Of a DNA stretch of 64,000 nucleotides, positions 13,296-28,413 are shown piece after piece. Below the pieces are notes generated by a model. That model saw only the letters and a list, made by a program, of their open reading frames with translations, ran no database searches and had not been told where the DNA came from. The translations under genes and the position numbers were made by a program. This stretch comes from Octopus vulgaris (lineage: Eukaryota), in NCBI GenBank assembly GCA_951406725.2, contig OX597834.1, positions 35,774,001-35,838,000 on the forward strand, given 5' to 3'. Position 1 is the stretch's first letter. Every line of letters starts with the position of its first letter.

Positions 13296-13740
13296 GATAT
13301 TTCGTCTGTCGCTACGTTCTGAGTTCAAATTCCGCCGAGGTCGACTTTGCCTTTCATCCTTTCGGGGTCGATTAAATAAGTACCAGTTACGCACTGGGGT
13401 CGATATAATCGACTTAATCTTTTTTGTCTGTCCTTGTTTTTCCTCTCTGTGTTTAGCCCCTTGTGGGTAGTAAAGAAATAGAAATAGGTATTTCGTCTGC
13501 CGCTACGTTCTGAATTCAAATTCTGCCGAGGTCGACTTTTACAAGTCATCTTGAACTATTTCTAGAATCCTCTCGTTAAATGACTTTTGCAAAATCTCGT
13601 CGGAGTCCTAACTTTGACGCTTCTACAAAGAGCGCCCATCAGTTCAATTAAGTACCAGTTGCGTACTGGGGTCGATCATATCGACTGGCCCCCTCCCCCA
13701 AAATTTCTGGCCTTGTGCCTAACGTAGAAAAGAATATTCA
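13296..13740 (+). mobile_element. SINE A tandem dimer; second unit carries a 109-bp foreign insert
   Basis: Junction AAGAAATAG(AAATAG)GTATTTCGTC at ~13475-13497. Insert at 13541-13649. Confidence 0.85.
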
Positions 13741-13764
13741 TTTACACTTCATTAGGTAGTAGAC

Positions 13765-14075
13765 GGTGCGTGGCTGAGTGGTTAGGGCGTTGGGTTCATA
13801 ATCCTCAGGTCGTCAGTTCGATTCCCAGTGGCGCGTTGTGTCCTTGATCAAGACACTTTATTGCTCCAGTCCTCAACTGGCAATAACGAGTAGTCCTTGT
13901 AATTCAAAAGGGCCAGCCTTCTCACATTATGTGCCGCGCTGAATCCCACTGAGGACTGCGTTAAGACTAAGCGTGTCTGTGGAGTGCTCAGCCACACGCA
14001 CGTTAATTTCACGTGCAGGCTGTTCCGTTGATGGGATCAACTGGAACAATCATCGTGGTAACTGACCGAGTGCCA
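13765..14075 (+). mobile_element. SINE with a different tRNA-like head sharing the family C tail
   Basis: TGGCTGAGTGG A-box, GTTCGATTCCC B-box. Tail shared with 11605-11765 (-) and 21810-21978 (+). Confidence 0.75.
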
Positions 14076-14796
14076 GGTTAGGAACCGAGATCGAATCCTG
14101 CCAGCGTCGAACCATATTTTTTTTTTTATTCTTCCGGGGTCCATTAAATAAGTACAGTTCGTGTACATTTGTGGAAAATATATCAACCGCGCTACAATCA
14201 ACCCACCTACACACAAATACAGAAAAATTGTCGTTGTTGCTGTTGTTGTTGCTTTTTCGTCGTTGTTGTTGTTGTTGCTGTACCAAATGTCGGAAATATT
14301 TTCCAGAATGGTTGGATACATTAAATTATAGCTTCCAGCGAAGTATATTCGCATCAAATGAATAAAATATTGAGAGGAAATATGGACAAATTCGAACGGG
14401 AAGTGTTCGACATAATCGGATCTAATCGGATTCAGGGATTAACTGATTGAGTGCACGCGTGCAAACACACACACACACACACATACACATGCTCGCAAAC
14501 ACGCACGCATACACACACGCGCGCACTTGCATACACGCACGCATACAGCGTATATGCATAAAGCGTAACCTTCACACACATGTGTGTTTCTGTGTATGCA
14601 TGTATAAACACATACACGCATTGGCTCATACACATACACACACACACAAACTCATACATACATATGTACGTACATACATACATACATACATACATATATA
14701 CATACATACATACATGCATATATACATACAGGGTGGGTCAAAAGTCACGCACCAAAACATTTTGTTTACGTTGCTATTATCATTTATTGAAATGTG

Positions 14797-14842
<46 letters not shown>

Positions 14843-14894
14843 ACAATACGACAAATAATATTGAATAACATCAAAGAGTCACTCTGTGTATCAA

Positions 14895-15511
14895 AACAGT
14901 TTTGAATTTTGGCACAAGGCCAGCCAATTCGGAGAAGAGCTAAGTCGATTACATTTCGACCCCAGCGTTTAACTGGTACTTATTTCATCGATCTCGAATG
15001 AATGAAAGGCAAAGTCGACCTCGACGGAATTTGAACTCAGAACGTGAAGAAGGACAAAATCCTGCTAAGCATCTTGTCCGGCATGATAACGGTTCTGTCC
15101 GCTCACCGCCTTAAAAAAATATAATAATAACCCTTTCTACTATAGGCACGAGCCCTGAAATTTCGGAGGAGGGGATTTGTCGAGTATATGGACCCCAGTG
15201 TTTTACTGGTACTTATTTAATTGATCCCGAAAGGATAAAAGGCAAAGCCGTCCTCGGCGGCAGACGAAATACCTATTTCTTTACTACCCACAAGGGGCTA
15301 AACACAGAGAGGGCAAACAAGGACAGACAAACGGATTAAGTCGATTTTATCGACCCCAGTGCGTAACTGGTACTTAATTTATCGACCCCGAAAGGATGAA
15401 AGGCAAAGTCGACCTCGGCGGAATTTGAACTCAACGTAGCAGCAGACGAAATACCTATTTCTTTACTACCCACAAGGGGCCAAACACAGAGAGGGCAAAC
15501 AAGGACGGACA
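14895..15511 (-). mobile_element. Cluster of SINE A units, partly tandem
   Basis: Repeated cores. GACGAAATACCTATTTCTTTACTACCC junctions at ~15263 and ~15445. Confidence 0.85.
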
Positions 15512-15524
15512 ATATGAATCGCTT

Positions 15525-15810
15525 TTAAATTAGTTCGAATCATACAACAGCAATATCAAACATTATAAACAATAACAAAATTCATTTAGAGTGTAAGAAA
15601 CAGTACGGAATATTGATTTTACATTTTGACACAAGGCCGGAGCTGTGTGGAATATTAAGAAACCATATAACGAAATATGAAATGGTATGAAAATATATTA
15701 AATGTTATGTAATAATGTATTTTTTTTTATAATTTGCTTCTTTCAGTTATTAGACTGCGGCCATGCTGGAGCGCCGCGTTGAAGGGTTTTAGTTGAACAA
15801 ATCAACCCCA
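15525..15810 (+). repeat. Local direct duplication, copy 1 (copy 2 at 17458-17744)
   Basis: ~285 bp nearly identical, including the same SINE B tail start. Confidence 0.92.
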
Positions 15811-15906
15811 ATAGTAGTGTTATGTTTGTTTCTCTTTTTGAAGTTTGTTATTTACGTTATCAATGTCTTTTGCCGAACCGCTAAGTTAAGGTGATATAAG
15901 CAGACC

Positions 15907-15981
<75 letters not shown>

Positions 15982-16756
15982 TATATGTAGAAAAATACAA
16001 ACTGGGACAAGAATGTAAAACATTTAGAAGACGATACAAAAAACACGGACGGGACATTCGAAGCCTTCAATCTTCAGTCAAGAACCGGATCATCCTCGCA
16101 ATTTCGGCTGATTATACATACATATATACATACATACATATGTATATGTGTGTGTGTGTGTATGTATATGTATATGACGTCTTCTGCATAGTTTCCGTAT
16201 TGTATTTAAAACATTAGACGATCTTGAAAATGCTGCACCCAGTACACAGTTTGGCTTTCTAGAAATAGCAATCGAATTACCCTCAAACTTCACCCTCGAA
16301 TTTTTTATTTTAAATGTTTACAATCACAGAAAAGTAATATTTAGTAGATGGAATGATCACGGTTAGAACGCTAGTCAGGCGATAACGTTACTTTATACGA
16401 AAAGCATAGCAGTCGAACATGGATCGACGAATCCCATATCGAGTCAAATTTTTTTTCTTTGCAATTTTTCTCTATTGAATTACGTAACATAGGTATCTCT
16501 TTCTAGGATGAAAGGTATCCTGGGGTTATACAACAACAGCAAAAAAACAAAACAAAAACAAATACTAACAACAACAACAATAATAAAACATATGAGCCAA
16601 AACGGAATCCTCTATGTTGTCGATTCACACTGGTAGAAATGGCAGCCAAAATCACTCAAAATGCTTTGCATGTCCTGTGTATCATGGTGATATGCAGGAC
16701 ATATTACCCTGTATCATATATGATATACTTTCCCAATTTTGCCGGTCCTGTGTATA

Positions 16757-17146
16757 TTTATTTCTTTATTGCCCACAGGAGGCTAAACATAGAGGGAACA
16801 AACAAGGACAGACAAGGGGATTAAGTCAATTACATCGACCCCAGTGCGTAGCTGGTACTTATTTAATCGACTCCAAAAGGATGAAAGGCAAAGTCGACCT
16901 CGGCGGAATTTGAACACAGAACGTAGCGGTAGACGAAATACCCATTTCTTTACTACCCACAAGGGGCTAAACACAGAGGGGACAAACACGGACAGACGAA
17001 CGGATTAAGTCGATTACATCGACCCCAGTGCGTAACTGGTGCGTAACAAATTCCTCGGCGGAATTTGAATTCAGAACGCAGCGGCGGACGAAATACCACA
17101 AACCATTTCGCCCGGCGTGCTAACGTTTCTGCCAGCTCGCCGCCTT
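16757..17146 (-). mobile_element. SINE A tandem units
   Basis: Same junction at ~16932-16958. Confidence 0.85.
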
Positions 17147-17783
17147 TGTATCACACATGATACCCAAAACATATTTCCCTGGTGTCTATGCATCATATAT
17201 GATACACGTTTCCAATTTTGCCTGTCCTGTTTATCACATCTGATACACAGGATATATTTCCTTGGTGTCCATTCATCATAAATAATATACATTCCCAATT
17301 TTTTTCAACCACCAAAGTAACTTGAGACTTATGAAAGGAAACCTTTATATTATTCAGAAAGTATGATACAAGGACTAACAAAAATTTTGAATGGAAAACC
17401 ATGGACATTTAGGACGACTGTATGAAGATGCTTTGGACAGAGAAATGGTTAAATATATTAAATTAGTTCGAATCATACAACAGCAATATCAAACATTATA
17501 AACAATAACAAAATCCATTTAGAGTGTAAGAAACAGTACGGAATATTGATTTTACATTTTGACACAAGGCCAGAGCTGTGTGGAATATTAAGAAACCATA
17601 TAACGAAATATGAAATGGCATGAAAATATATTAAATGTTATGTAATATTGTATTTTTTTTTTATAATTTGCTTCTCTCAGTTATTAGACTGCGGCCATGC
17701 TGGAGCGCCGCGTTGAAGGGTTTTAGCCGAACAAATCAAGCCCAGCTGGTGCTGGTGGAGTGGGTGACAAATACAGACACACA

Positions 17784-17900
<117 letters not shown>

Positions 17901-17907
17901 TATATAC

Positions 17908-17954
<47 letters not shown>

Positions 17955-18019
17955 CATATAAATATATATATATACATATATATACATTTATATATACATA
18001 CATACATATATATATATAC

Positions 18020-18073
<54 letters not shown>

Positions 18074-18264
18074 GCATATATATATATATATATACACACA
18101 TACGTAATATAAATAAGAGATAAATATGGGTATTTAACTTTAACACTTCGTGTATCTTGTTTATCACATGTACACAAGACATATACTCGGTGACCATGCA
18201 TCATATATGATAGACATCTCCACGTTTTTTCAACCATCAGAGTAACATATAAAGCGTATGAAAG

Positions 18265-18620
18265 GAAGGCTTTATATGACTCAGAAGTGTGAAACAATGA
18301 CTAACTGAAAGTCTGAAAACAAGCATGGACACTTTGGAGAAACTTGTAAAATTACTCTGAACAGATAAAGGGTTTCTATTACTCAGATCGTATGAAATAA
18401 GGGTTAACTAAATGTATGAAAAAAAGCATGGATGTAAAGGGCAATCTTGAAAGAATTCTTAGGACATTTAAAGGGTTAATAACTTGCCCTACCGTCTTAA
18501 ATAATGAATGAATTATATAACATAGTGGTATGGTTGCTTTTGAGAAAAGCACAAATGGGGGTGGACACGCTTGGACAGTCTTCAGTCTGAACGATTGACG
18601 TTGAACCGAACTTGTACAGA
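18265..18620 (+). pseudogene. Possible highly decayed RTE-like LINE 3' fragment
   Basis: Ordered remnants LYDSEV*, NLERIL, LNNE*I..HSGM and KHKWGW across frames resemble LYGSETW...ER.ML...NE.IR..TGV...KW.WAGH. Confidence 0.3.
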
Positions 18621-19497
18621 GGCTGTATAAGAATAACGACACCTACAATATGAAGAACAACAGTAGTTTGAATAATAAATATGAATGCTTACCTTGACCT
18701 TCCTGACAAGAATATTTGGGTCTCAGAGTTTATGTTGCGAAGATGCCTCCCCACGATCACACCCCCATTACCACCACCTCCGCCACCACCACCACCAACA
18801 CAACCACCAACACCACCTATCCCGCCACTGCTGCTGCTGCTACTCCCGACAATGTCTCCGCTGCTGCAGTTTCTGATGTCTAATCTGGATTCGGGATGAC
18901 ATTGGTATCGGTTCATCTTCCACACGACAATGTTGTTGTTATTGTTGTTGTAGTTGTTGTTATTGTTCTTGTTGTTGTTGCTGTTGTAATAATGGTGTAG
19001 GTGGTGGTGGTGGTGGTGTAGGTGGTGGCGTGGTAGTTTGATGGTGTTGTTAGAAAGAGGGAGACAAAAGTAGAGGGAAGGAAAGTGTGTGAGGGAGAGG
19101 GAGAAAGAGAGAGGATCAGATATGTATGTAACTAGAGAGATGTAGATAGATACATAGATAGAAAGCAAAGTATTGAGAGAGGAACAGAGAGAGAGAAAGA
19201 GAGAAAGAAAGAGAGAGAAAGAGAAAGGAAAAGATGTTATAAATGGATGCTAGAAAAAATGTTTGCTCTCCGTAATCAAAACATCATCTGTCAATTCTTG
19301 AAAACCTTCTGCTGGTCTGTTAATGACGTAATCACTTTTTGTGACACTCAAGCAAATAACACACATATGGTGACGTAATCAAAGTGGGGGCAATTACATT
19401 CGCACACACATACATAGTCATAGAAACACACACACTCATGCATACCTGTGTAAGCACACAAAGGATATATGTATAGTGTGAGACAGATGTATTTGCA

Positions 19498-19549
<52 letters not shown>

Positions 19550-19566
19550 TATATATACATATATAT

Positions 19567-19623
<57 letters not shown>

Positions 19624-20228
19624 GGTGTGTATGCATATGTATATATATATGTAAGTATACATATATGTGCGTGTGTAAATGTGCGTAAGTGTATACGAGA
19701 CGGACGGATTTAATGGACTGTTAGGCCGCTTTCCTTGTTGCTGGTCGGAATTGCAGTGACAGTAACTGAATCCCTTCTGCTGTGTCTGGAGAGTTTCATT
19801 TAACACCTCCCCACACATGGATACGCAACAACCGTGAAAGACATGTAAATACGTTCGTAGCATCTCAAGGGCCGCCGCAAAGGGATGCCAGGTTACCTGC
19901 GTTGGGGTGGGTCCCACCTGCCGGATTTTCTTTAGGTGTTTACTAACTTGTTTTTTTTTCTTTTTTAAACGTTCAATAAATTAGCCCTGAAAGGCCTCAG
20001 GTATTAATTATTTTAGTGGGCATGGTGCTGTGCAGAGCCAGTCTTATTCTCTCATCCGTGAAATATATATTGGGATGGTGCAGAAAGTGCCACGAGTGCA
20101 GTGGTCAACAGTATGCAGAATTTTCATAGAAGTACCTGTTTGATAATGAGCAGCTTAGGACCTGAAGAGCTGAAGGAACCACGATCTTGCAAACATGGGT
20201 CCAACAACTTTTACTACTAAGCCACGCA

Positions 20229-20286
<58 letters not shown>

Positions 20287-20576
20287 GGTATACATATATA
20301 TATAAAGATATATATAAGTATATATATACAGCTATATAAAGGTTAGATGAAACCATGGCGACTGAAGAAGGTTTTTTTTCGTTGTGTTATTTGTCCTGTG
20401 CTCTATTTTTTTGTTGTTTAAGAAAAATGTCCAGTTCCTTGGGTTTGTGTCTATGTTTTCGTTTCTCATTGTGTTCGACGTATTTTTAGGTGTCCTGTAC
20501 TCATATATGCGTGTATATATACATGTAGAGGTAGGTACGTACATATATGTATATATATATGCATATGTTTTATTTA

Positions 20577-20651
<75 letters not shown>

Positions 20652-22230
20652 TTTATAGAAGGAGCTTCTATAAAATAAATTAATTTACTCTGCTATGTAT
20701 TGAGTACCTAATTTACTGTGGTTATCCCCGACTCAACCCGGGACCTACATATATATATACATATATATGTATATATATGGCTAATGCTTCCTTTTTTTAT
20801 GTTCAGTTAGAAAGTTATAATAAAGACAATTTTACATTAATCTAATGAGTTACTCTGTATTTTTCTGGCTTTTGTAGAGTACAAATTCATTATTCTTAAA
20901 CAAGAATATTATTGACATTGTCTTCGAAGTTACGACCAGTGAAGCCTTTGTCGGTGTGTAATATATATATAGATATGCTGTAACGAGTTCAGCTTAGCAG
21001 TTTATCAAGATGTACCCGTTGCAGTTATGGTATAACCTGAAGATTTGGGAGATAAAATGTAATGTGTTGCAAAGCCTTATGAGTCCTATAGGTCTATACA
21101 TCCCTGATCGTATACTGTTGCATCATAATGAAGTCGCTCAATGAAACATTTGTAGGGATACCATAAAATCCATTCGTCCGTTTTATCATTTCATGTATAT
21201 ATACATATATATACATATGTATAGATATATATAAACAAACTAAAGAAAATAATTCCTTCAAAGGGGTGCGTGAAACATCCAAATCACTGGTACGTCAATT
21301 GAATGCCATATAAATATGGTTATAATGCAAATTACAAATATAAAATTAAATACATAGATACAATTGACAATCCAATGATTGTATATCTCTAATTTATATA
21401 TTTCCACTTCTCCTACTATACTAGCCTATTACTCTGTCACTCTCTCTCCCTCACTCCTCCTCCCTTGCTCAAGTGGCTTCCACGTGACCATCGGCCATCT
21501 TTCTTTCTTCTCCTAACTTGTGTTTATTTCACTCCATTGTAGCTGTCCAAGCTTGATTTACGCGTTCGTCACCACAAACTCGTTTAGGCTTAGCAGCATT
21601 TCCTGTTTGTTTTCATTGTCCTGTTTGTGTTACCAATTTTGACCCTCTGCAAAATCCCAAATTGTTTTTAATTTACTTTGCGGGAGCAACTGCTTTTATC
21701 GAAAACCTATCTTGTTGTTAAATGCTCGAGTAGAAAAATAGCCAAGAATTGATGAAGGGTCGTTCTTTATGTTGTCTGTCTTGTTTTCCATTTGTGTCTT
21801 TCGTTGTTCGAAAGGGCCAGCCTTGTCACACTGTGTTACGTTCAATCTACCTGAGATCTACGTTAAGAGTACACGTGTCTGTGGAGTGCTCAGCCACTTG
21901 CACATTAACTTCACGAGCAGGATCTTCCGTCGATCGGATCAAATGGAACCCTCGTCGTCATAATCGACGGAGTACCACATATGTGTGTGCAGTTACATAA
22001 CTCATGCGCATATATTTGCTCACACACATGCATTATCAAGTTGATGTCGATTAAACATGTATTTGACTGAGCCAGGTGTATATATGTTTGTGTGTATCGA
22101 TGTGCGCTGATATATAATGCATATGAGTGCGTACGCGTCAGCATAAAAAAGCAGGTGTGTAATACACAAAACTGCCATACAAGCAGTTCATATATGCAAA
22201 TGTCGGTCTAAGTATGTGTATGTAAGAGAG

Positions 22231-22274
<44 letters not shown>

Positions 22275-22615
22275 TTCGGGACGGTCATTTTTTTTTTGCC
22301 TTCACTCGTTTATTTCTGTTCTTATTTTATCATTTTAACTCATGCTCATCGTCCGAAAATTTTTCGTCACACATCTGTGACCTCTTCAGCGACACTTTTC
22401 GTTTTCGTGTGTGTTCTTGCTCCACTTATTCCATTGTGGAGTAAGTGGAGCAAAAACACACACGAAAATAAAAATTGTCGCTGGAGAGGTCACAGATGTG
22501 ATGAAAAATTTTCGGACAATGAACATGAGTTAGAATAAGAACAGTAATAAACAAGTGAAGAAAAATATATAGGGCGTGTGTTTATTTACCAAAAAAAAAA
22601 AAATGACCATCCAGA
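22275..22615. mobile_element. Fold-back pLTR-like insertion flanked by (TA)n
   Basis: ~22300-22432 is the reverse complement of ~22439-22560. Both arms carry hammerhead-like motifs. Confidence 0.7.
22351..22393 (-). ncRNA. Minimal hammerhead-ribozyme-like motif (left arm of an inverted repeat)
   Basis: Reverse complement GTCg-CTGAAGA-g-GTCAC(agatgt)GTGAC-GAAA-aattt-TC-gGAC, with a perfect 5-bp stem II. A second copy on + at ~22474-22520 has a CTGGAGA core and stem I ATTGTC/GACAAT. Confidence 0.62.
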
Positions 22616-22681
22616 AATACAAAAATATCTGTTCCAACACACGATTTCACATTAGTAATCTTGCAAAATGAATTAATAAAC

Positions 22682-22726
<45 letters not shown>

Positions 22727-22750
22727 TCTCTCAGTATATATGTGAGCATA

Positions 22751-22975
22751 TACGACGGGTGGCTGAAAAGTTGCGGCCTTTAAGGGTGACGCAAAAGTCC
22801 TGGTTGGAGGCCCAATCTACCGTGATCTTTAACAGGGTTTAGAAAGCCTGAAGGGCCGCTGCAATAAGTGTGTGCATCAAAGAGGGAAATACGTTGAACA
22901 AAATCGTAATTAATTTATCCCCCCTCTATTTTCTTTTACCCAAAGCTAGGAACTTTTCAGCAACCCCCCACCCTC
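22751..22975. mobile_element. Tc1/mariner-like MITE
   Basis: Imperfect TIRs TA-CGACGGGTGGCTGAAAAGTT and AACTTTTCAGCAACCCCC. A related single end lies at ~33318-33341. Confidence 0.6.
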
Positions 22976-23218
22976 ATCTAGTTGCTTCACCTTCCTCAAA
23001 AACAGTACAGAGAGGAAATCCAAATACACTGAAAAGTGGTGCTGCTACATGGCCACAACCTCTACTTGAAACCAACGAAAGATAAAAGGTAAACGGTATA
23101 TGTGTACACACACCACACACACAAACACACATATAGATGAGTATATAGAATGCGTACATGTGTACACACAAACACGCATATATATATATGTAGACGTATG
23201 TATATACACATAGATATC

Positions 23219-24048
<830 letters not shown>

Positions 24049-24123
24049 GTACACACACCAATAGGCTCACATATACAGCTATGCACACACACACACACAC
24101 ACATGCTCCCACAACACTCACGG

Positions 24124-24159
<36 letters not shown>

Positions 24160-24494
24160 ATATAGATACAGACATCTGTTTCAAAAGCCACTTAGGAAAT
24201 CTATGAACTTAGATACGTTCAGACACAACACAATGCAAACACGCACACATCGCATACTTACAGACGCTCATTTACTCAAACGCAGTTATGCACGCACTTT
24301 GTATCTATAGTGTGTAAATACAGATGTGTGTATATGTGTATATACACATATACGTATATGTAAGCATATGTGTGTATATGTATGTATATATATATATATA
24401 TATATAACGAGAGATAAAGAGGGCGACTACCTGTGCATATATGTACATGTGTGCATCTTAGGTTTATATATATATTTCTATATACATATATATT

Positions 24495-24547
<53 letters not shown>

Positions 24548-24919
24548 GTTTGTATGTATCTATATATCTATTTTATCTCTTTTTTCCCTCTCTTTCTCTC
24601 TCTCCCCCTCTCTCTCTCTATATATATATATACATACATACATATATACATATATACACACACATACACACATATGTACATATATATATATATGTGTGTG
24701 TGTGTGTACATATATACACACACATACACACACATATGTACATATGTATATATATATGTATGTGTGTGTGTACATATATACACACACATACATACACATA
24801 TGTACATATATATATGTGTGTGTGTGTGTTTACATATATACACACATATGTACATATATATATATACATATATGTGTGTGTGTGTGTACATATATACACA
24901 TACATACACACATATGTAC

Positions 24920-24955
<36 letters not shown>

Positions 24956-24966
24956 GTATATGTACA

Positions 24967-25009
<43 letters not shown>

Positions 25010-25021
25010 ACATATATGTAC

Positions 25022-25090
<69 letters not shown>

Positions 25091-25533
25091 CATGCATACA
25101 CCCATACACCTGCGTCTGTTTATGTGTGTTGCCTGTATTTGGAGACAGGGTGGAGAGCGAGACTGAGAGAGAGAGAGAGAGAGACAGACACAGACAGTGA
25201 GAGAGAGAGGGGGAGAGAGAGCGAGAGAGAGAGAGAGTATAAAAGAATGAATCTTGGAGCCAGAGGGTGAGTCATAGAGTGAGGGATATCGAGTGACCGG
25301 AAAGAGGCCAAAGAGAATTCTAAACATATATAGAGAAGGTGGGGTGGGGGAGGGGTCGGATGGATATAAATAAACCTACAAGTGATAGAGAGGGGTATGA
25401 AAAGGAGGAGCAGACAGCGATAAAAGAGAAGGACACGGGTTTGGCTTACGTTTCGTTCATCCTTTCCACTTGTGGATTCCTCAATAAATATTGGGACAGA
25501 ATAAGCTTTTACGGCTGTAATTTATTCTAATAC

Positions 25534-25578
<45 letters not shown>

Positions 25579-25620
25579 CGTGTACGCATGTGTGTGCGTG
25601 TACGCATGTGTGTATATATA

Positions 25621-25654
<34 letters not shown>

Positions 25655-25690
25655 CATATTACACAATGCAAACTTGCAGACACCTGTGTA

Positions 25691-25730
<40 letters not shown>

Positions 25731-25763
25731 TATGCTTGTGTGTGTGTATACATACTGATATGC

Positions 25764-25808
<45 letters not shown>

Positions 25809-25880
25809 ATGTGTATGCATGTGTGTATGTGTGCATGATATATTATATATACATGGGTGTGTATATGCATATGTCTATGC

Positions 25881-25914
<34 letters not shown>

Positions 25915-27029
25915 ATATACTCAAATAGTTACATATATATATATGCATGTAATATATGTCTCTCACAATTTCTCTCTCTCTCCTCTTTGTATATTATGTG
26001 TATGTATATATACTCACACAAAAAAAATCATGCATAGCCATACACACACGCACACACACATATATATATCTGTGTGTATTTGTGTATGCGTGCGTGTATA
26101 TATATATTTGTACATATATGTATATATGTGTATGTGTGCATGTATATATATGTATGATTATATGTTCTTATGTATGTACGCTTGTATGTATGCGTATATA
26201 CATATATGTATGCATGTATATATATGTATATTTGTATGTTTGTATGTATGTATGTATGTATGTATGTATGTATGTATGTATGTATGTATGTATGTATGAA
26301 GCAATAAACCTGACGGAATATCCAAATTAATTACGAAACTCCGAGTAACAGGTTTATCGCATAAAATGTCTTTTTTACTCCATTATAAATTTATTCGTCA
26401 CATGTATAAATGCATACATCGATACTCACATGGGTGTTTGTACATGTATGCGTGTATGTATATTTGTATATATAAATATACAAAGAAACATATGTGTCTA
26501 TATATATGTGTATCTGTATGTGTGTGCCTGTGTGCCTGTGTGTTCGTATACGTGCGTGCACGCACACAAACGATAATTCTTAATGACAATACCTCGAAAT
26601 CCTCTAAATAAATCATCCAATTCGAATTTCAGTCCCCCTTTGTAGAATACAGGTGTATGGAGTCTTTTATCCGGCTATTCAATATCCGGAACGTGTGTAA
26701 AAACCGGATGCTGACATCAAGTGAAATATTTAAATATTCAAGCCGAATAATTCTTATGGTTTCCGCTTTGGTTCAGGCGGAGCCACTGATGCAGAACGGT
26801 CGCTAATTCATCTGGTCACCATAAAGGCACTGTTTTCTGTTCGTGATGTCACAAGTACTTAGCCGCCATTTTTAACCCTTTTATACCACGTGATGTTTGT
26901 CGTAGTTTTAGCCTGAGAAAAGTCTTGATCCAGCAGACCAATGAACAAAGATGCAAAGACGTTCCATGCGTGACTATCAGGTTTGATTTTATTTAGCCGT
27001 AGTGTATTTAAAAGTATATTTAATCAATA

Positions 27030-27299
27030 ACTGCCTGGTTAAGAAGTCCGTTTTGCAACCGCTTGGTTTCAGGGGTTCAGGCCAACCTGCGTGGCATCTT
27101 GACCAAATATCTTGTGTCTTTTGCCATAGCCGCAGGTCCTGTGATGAATTTGGTTAATGAAAACTGTATGGAAGCCCTTCACAACCGCATAGTTCCTTTG
27201 CTAAACGGAAAATGAAAGGAGCTTATATATTATAGGTATGTGTGTGCCAGCATATGTGAGTGTGTGTGTGTGTGTGAGTGTGTGTGTGTATGTATGTAT

Positions 27300-27351
<52 letters not shown>

Positions 27352-27366
27352 ATATTTATATATTTA

Positions 27367-27436
<70 letters not shown>

Positions 27437-27682
27437 CGTATGTATGTATATGTATGTATGTATGTATCTATGTATGTGTCATTGTTGTGTTTGTTCCAGC
27501 ACCAACACCACTTGATAACCGGTTTTGGTTTGTTTACATCCCTGTAATCTAGAGGTTCGGCGAAACGGACTGAAAGAAGTATCAGGGATGAAAAATAAGC
27601 ACTGGGATGGATTTGTTCGATTAAAACCCTCACAGTGATGCCCTAGCAGTTGACGAAAACAGTTAAAACATGCGATAAAAGA
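27030..27682 (+). mobile_element. Old, diverged SINE B
   Basis: Degenerate head, core, microsatellite and tail in the expected order. Confidence 0.6.
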
Positions 27683-28155
27683 TATAATTTGCTACTGTCA
27701 TCATTGCTTGTTGATGTCTACTCTTAGATCAGATATAATCGTTGAAGCACTATGATATTCCAACCGTGTCCTACCCGTCTGATTATATATCCAAAGTTAT
27801 AATGTGCATTTTGAAAGGGTTTCTTTCTTTGTGTTTCTCTTTATGCACATACGAACACACGTACACATCTACACACATACACACACACGTACACACACAT
27901 ATATGTATATATACATATGTACACATCTACGTATATGAATGGATGTGTACATATTTAACTATATATCTACATGTTTTTACACACGCACAAATACATATAT
28001 ATACGGGCATACATATATAATACACATATTTACATGTATCTATCCATCTATCTATCCATATATATATCTATATATGTTTATGCATATATATATATACATA
28101 TATTTATGTATATACATATATATATATTTACGTATATATATATATATATATTTAC

Positions 28156-28226
<71 letters not shown>

Positions 28227-28371
28227 AATATGTGTGGGTAAATATGCTGTAACGCGAAGGTGCGTTGTTATGGGCATGTGTGGGAAGATATAAGTGAACT
28301 TCACCTGTTCGAGAAATGACAGAAACCATGGCAACCATATTGTATCCTCCCACACACAAATACGTACATAC

Positions 28372-28413
<42 letters not shown>

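Noticed and set aside
14728-14760. Tc1-like TIR TACAGGGTGGGTCAAAAGTCAC
   Set aside because: Single end with no matching partner found.
16046-16080. Minus-strand CTGAAGA..GAAGgCTTC-GAATGTC in a (TA)n-flanked insert
   Set aside because: Probably a related pLTR, but GAAA and stem I are not intact enough to call.
21640-21690. miR-193-like 3' string CTGCAAAATCCCAAA
   Set aside because: The seed region does not match and the hairpin is weak.
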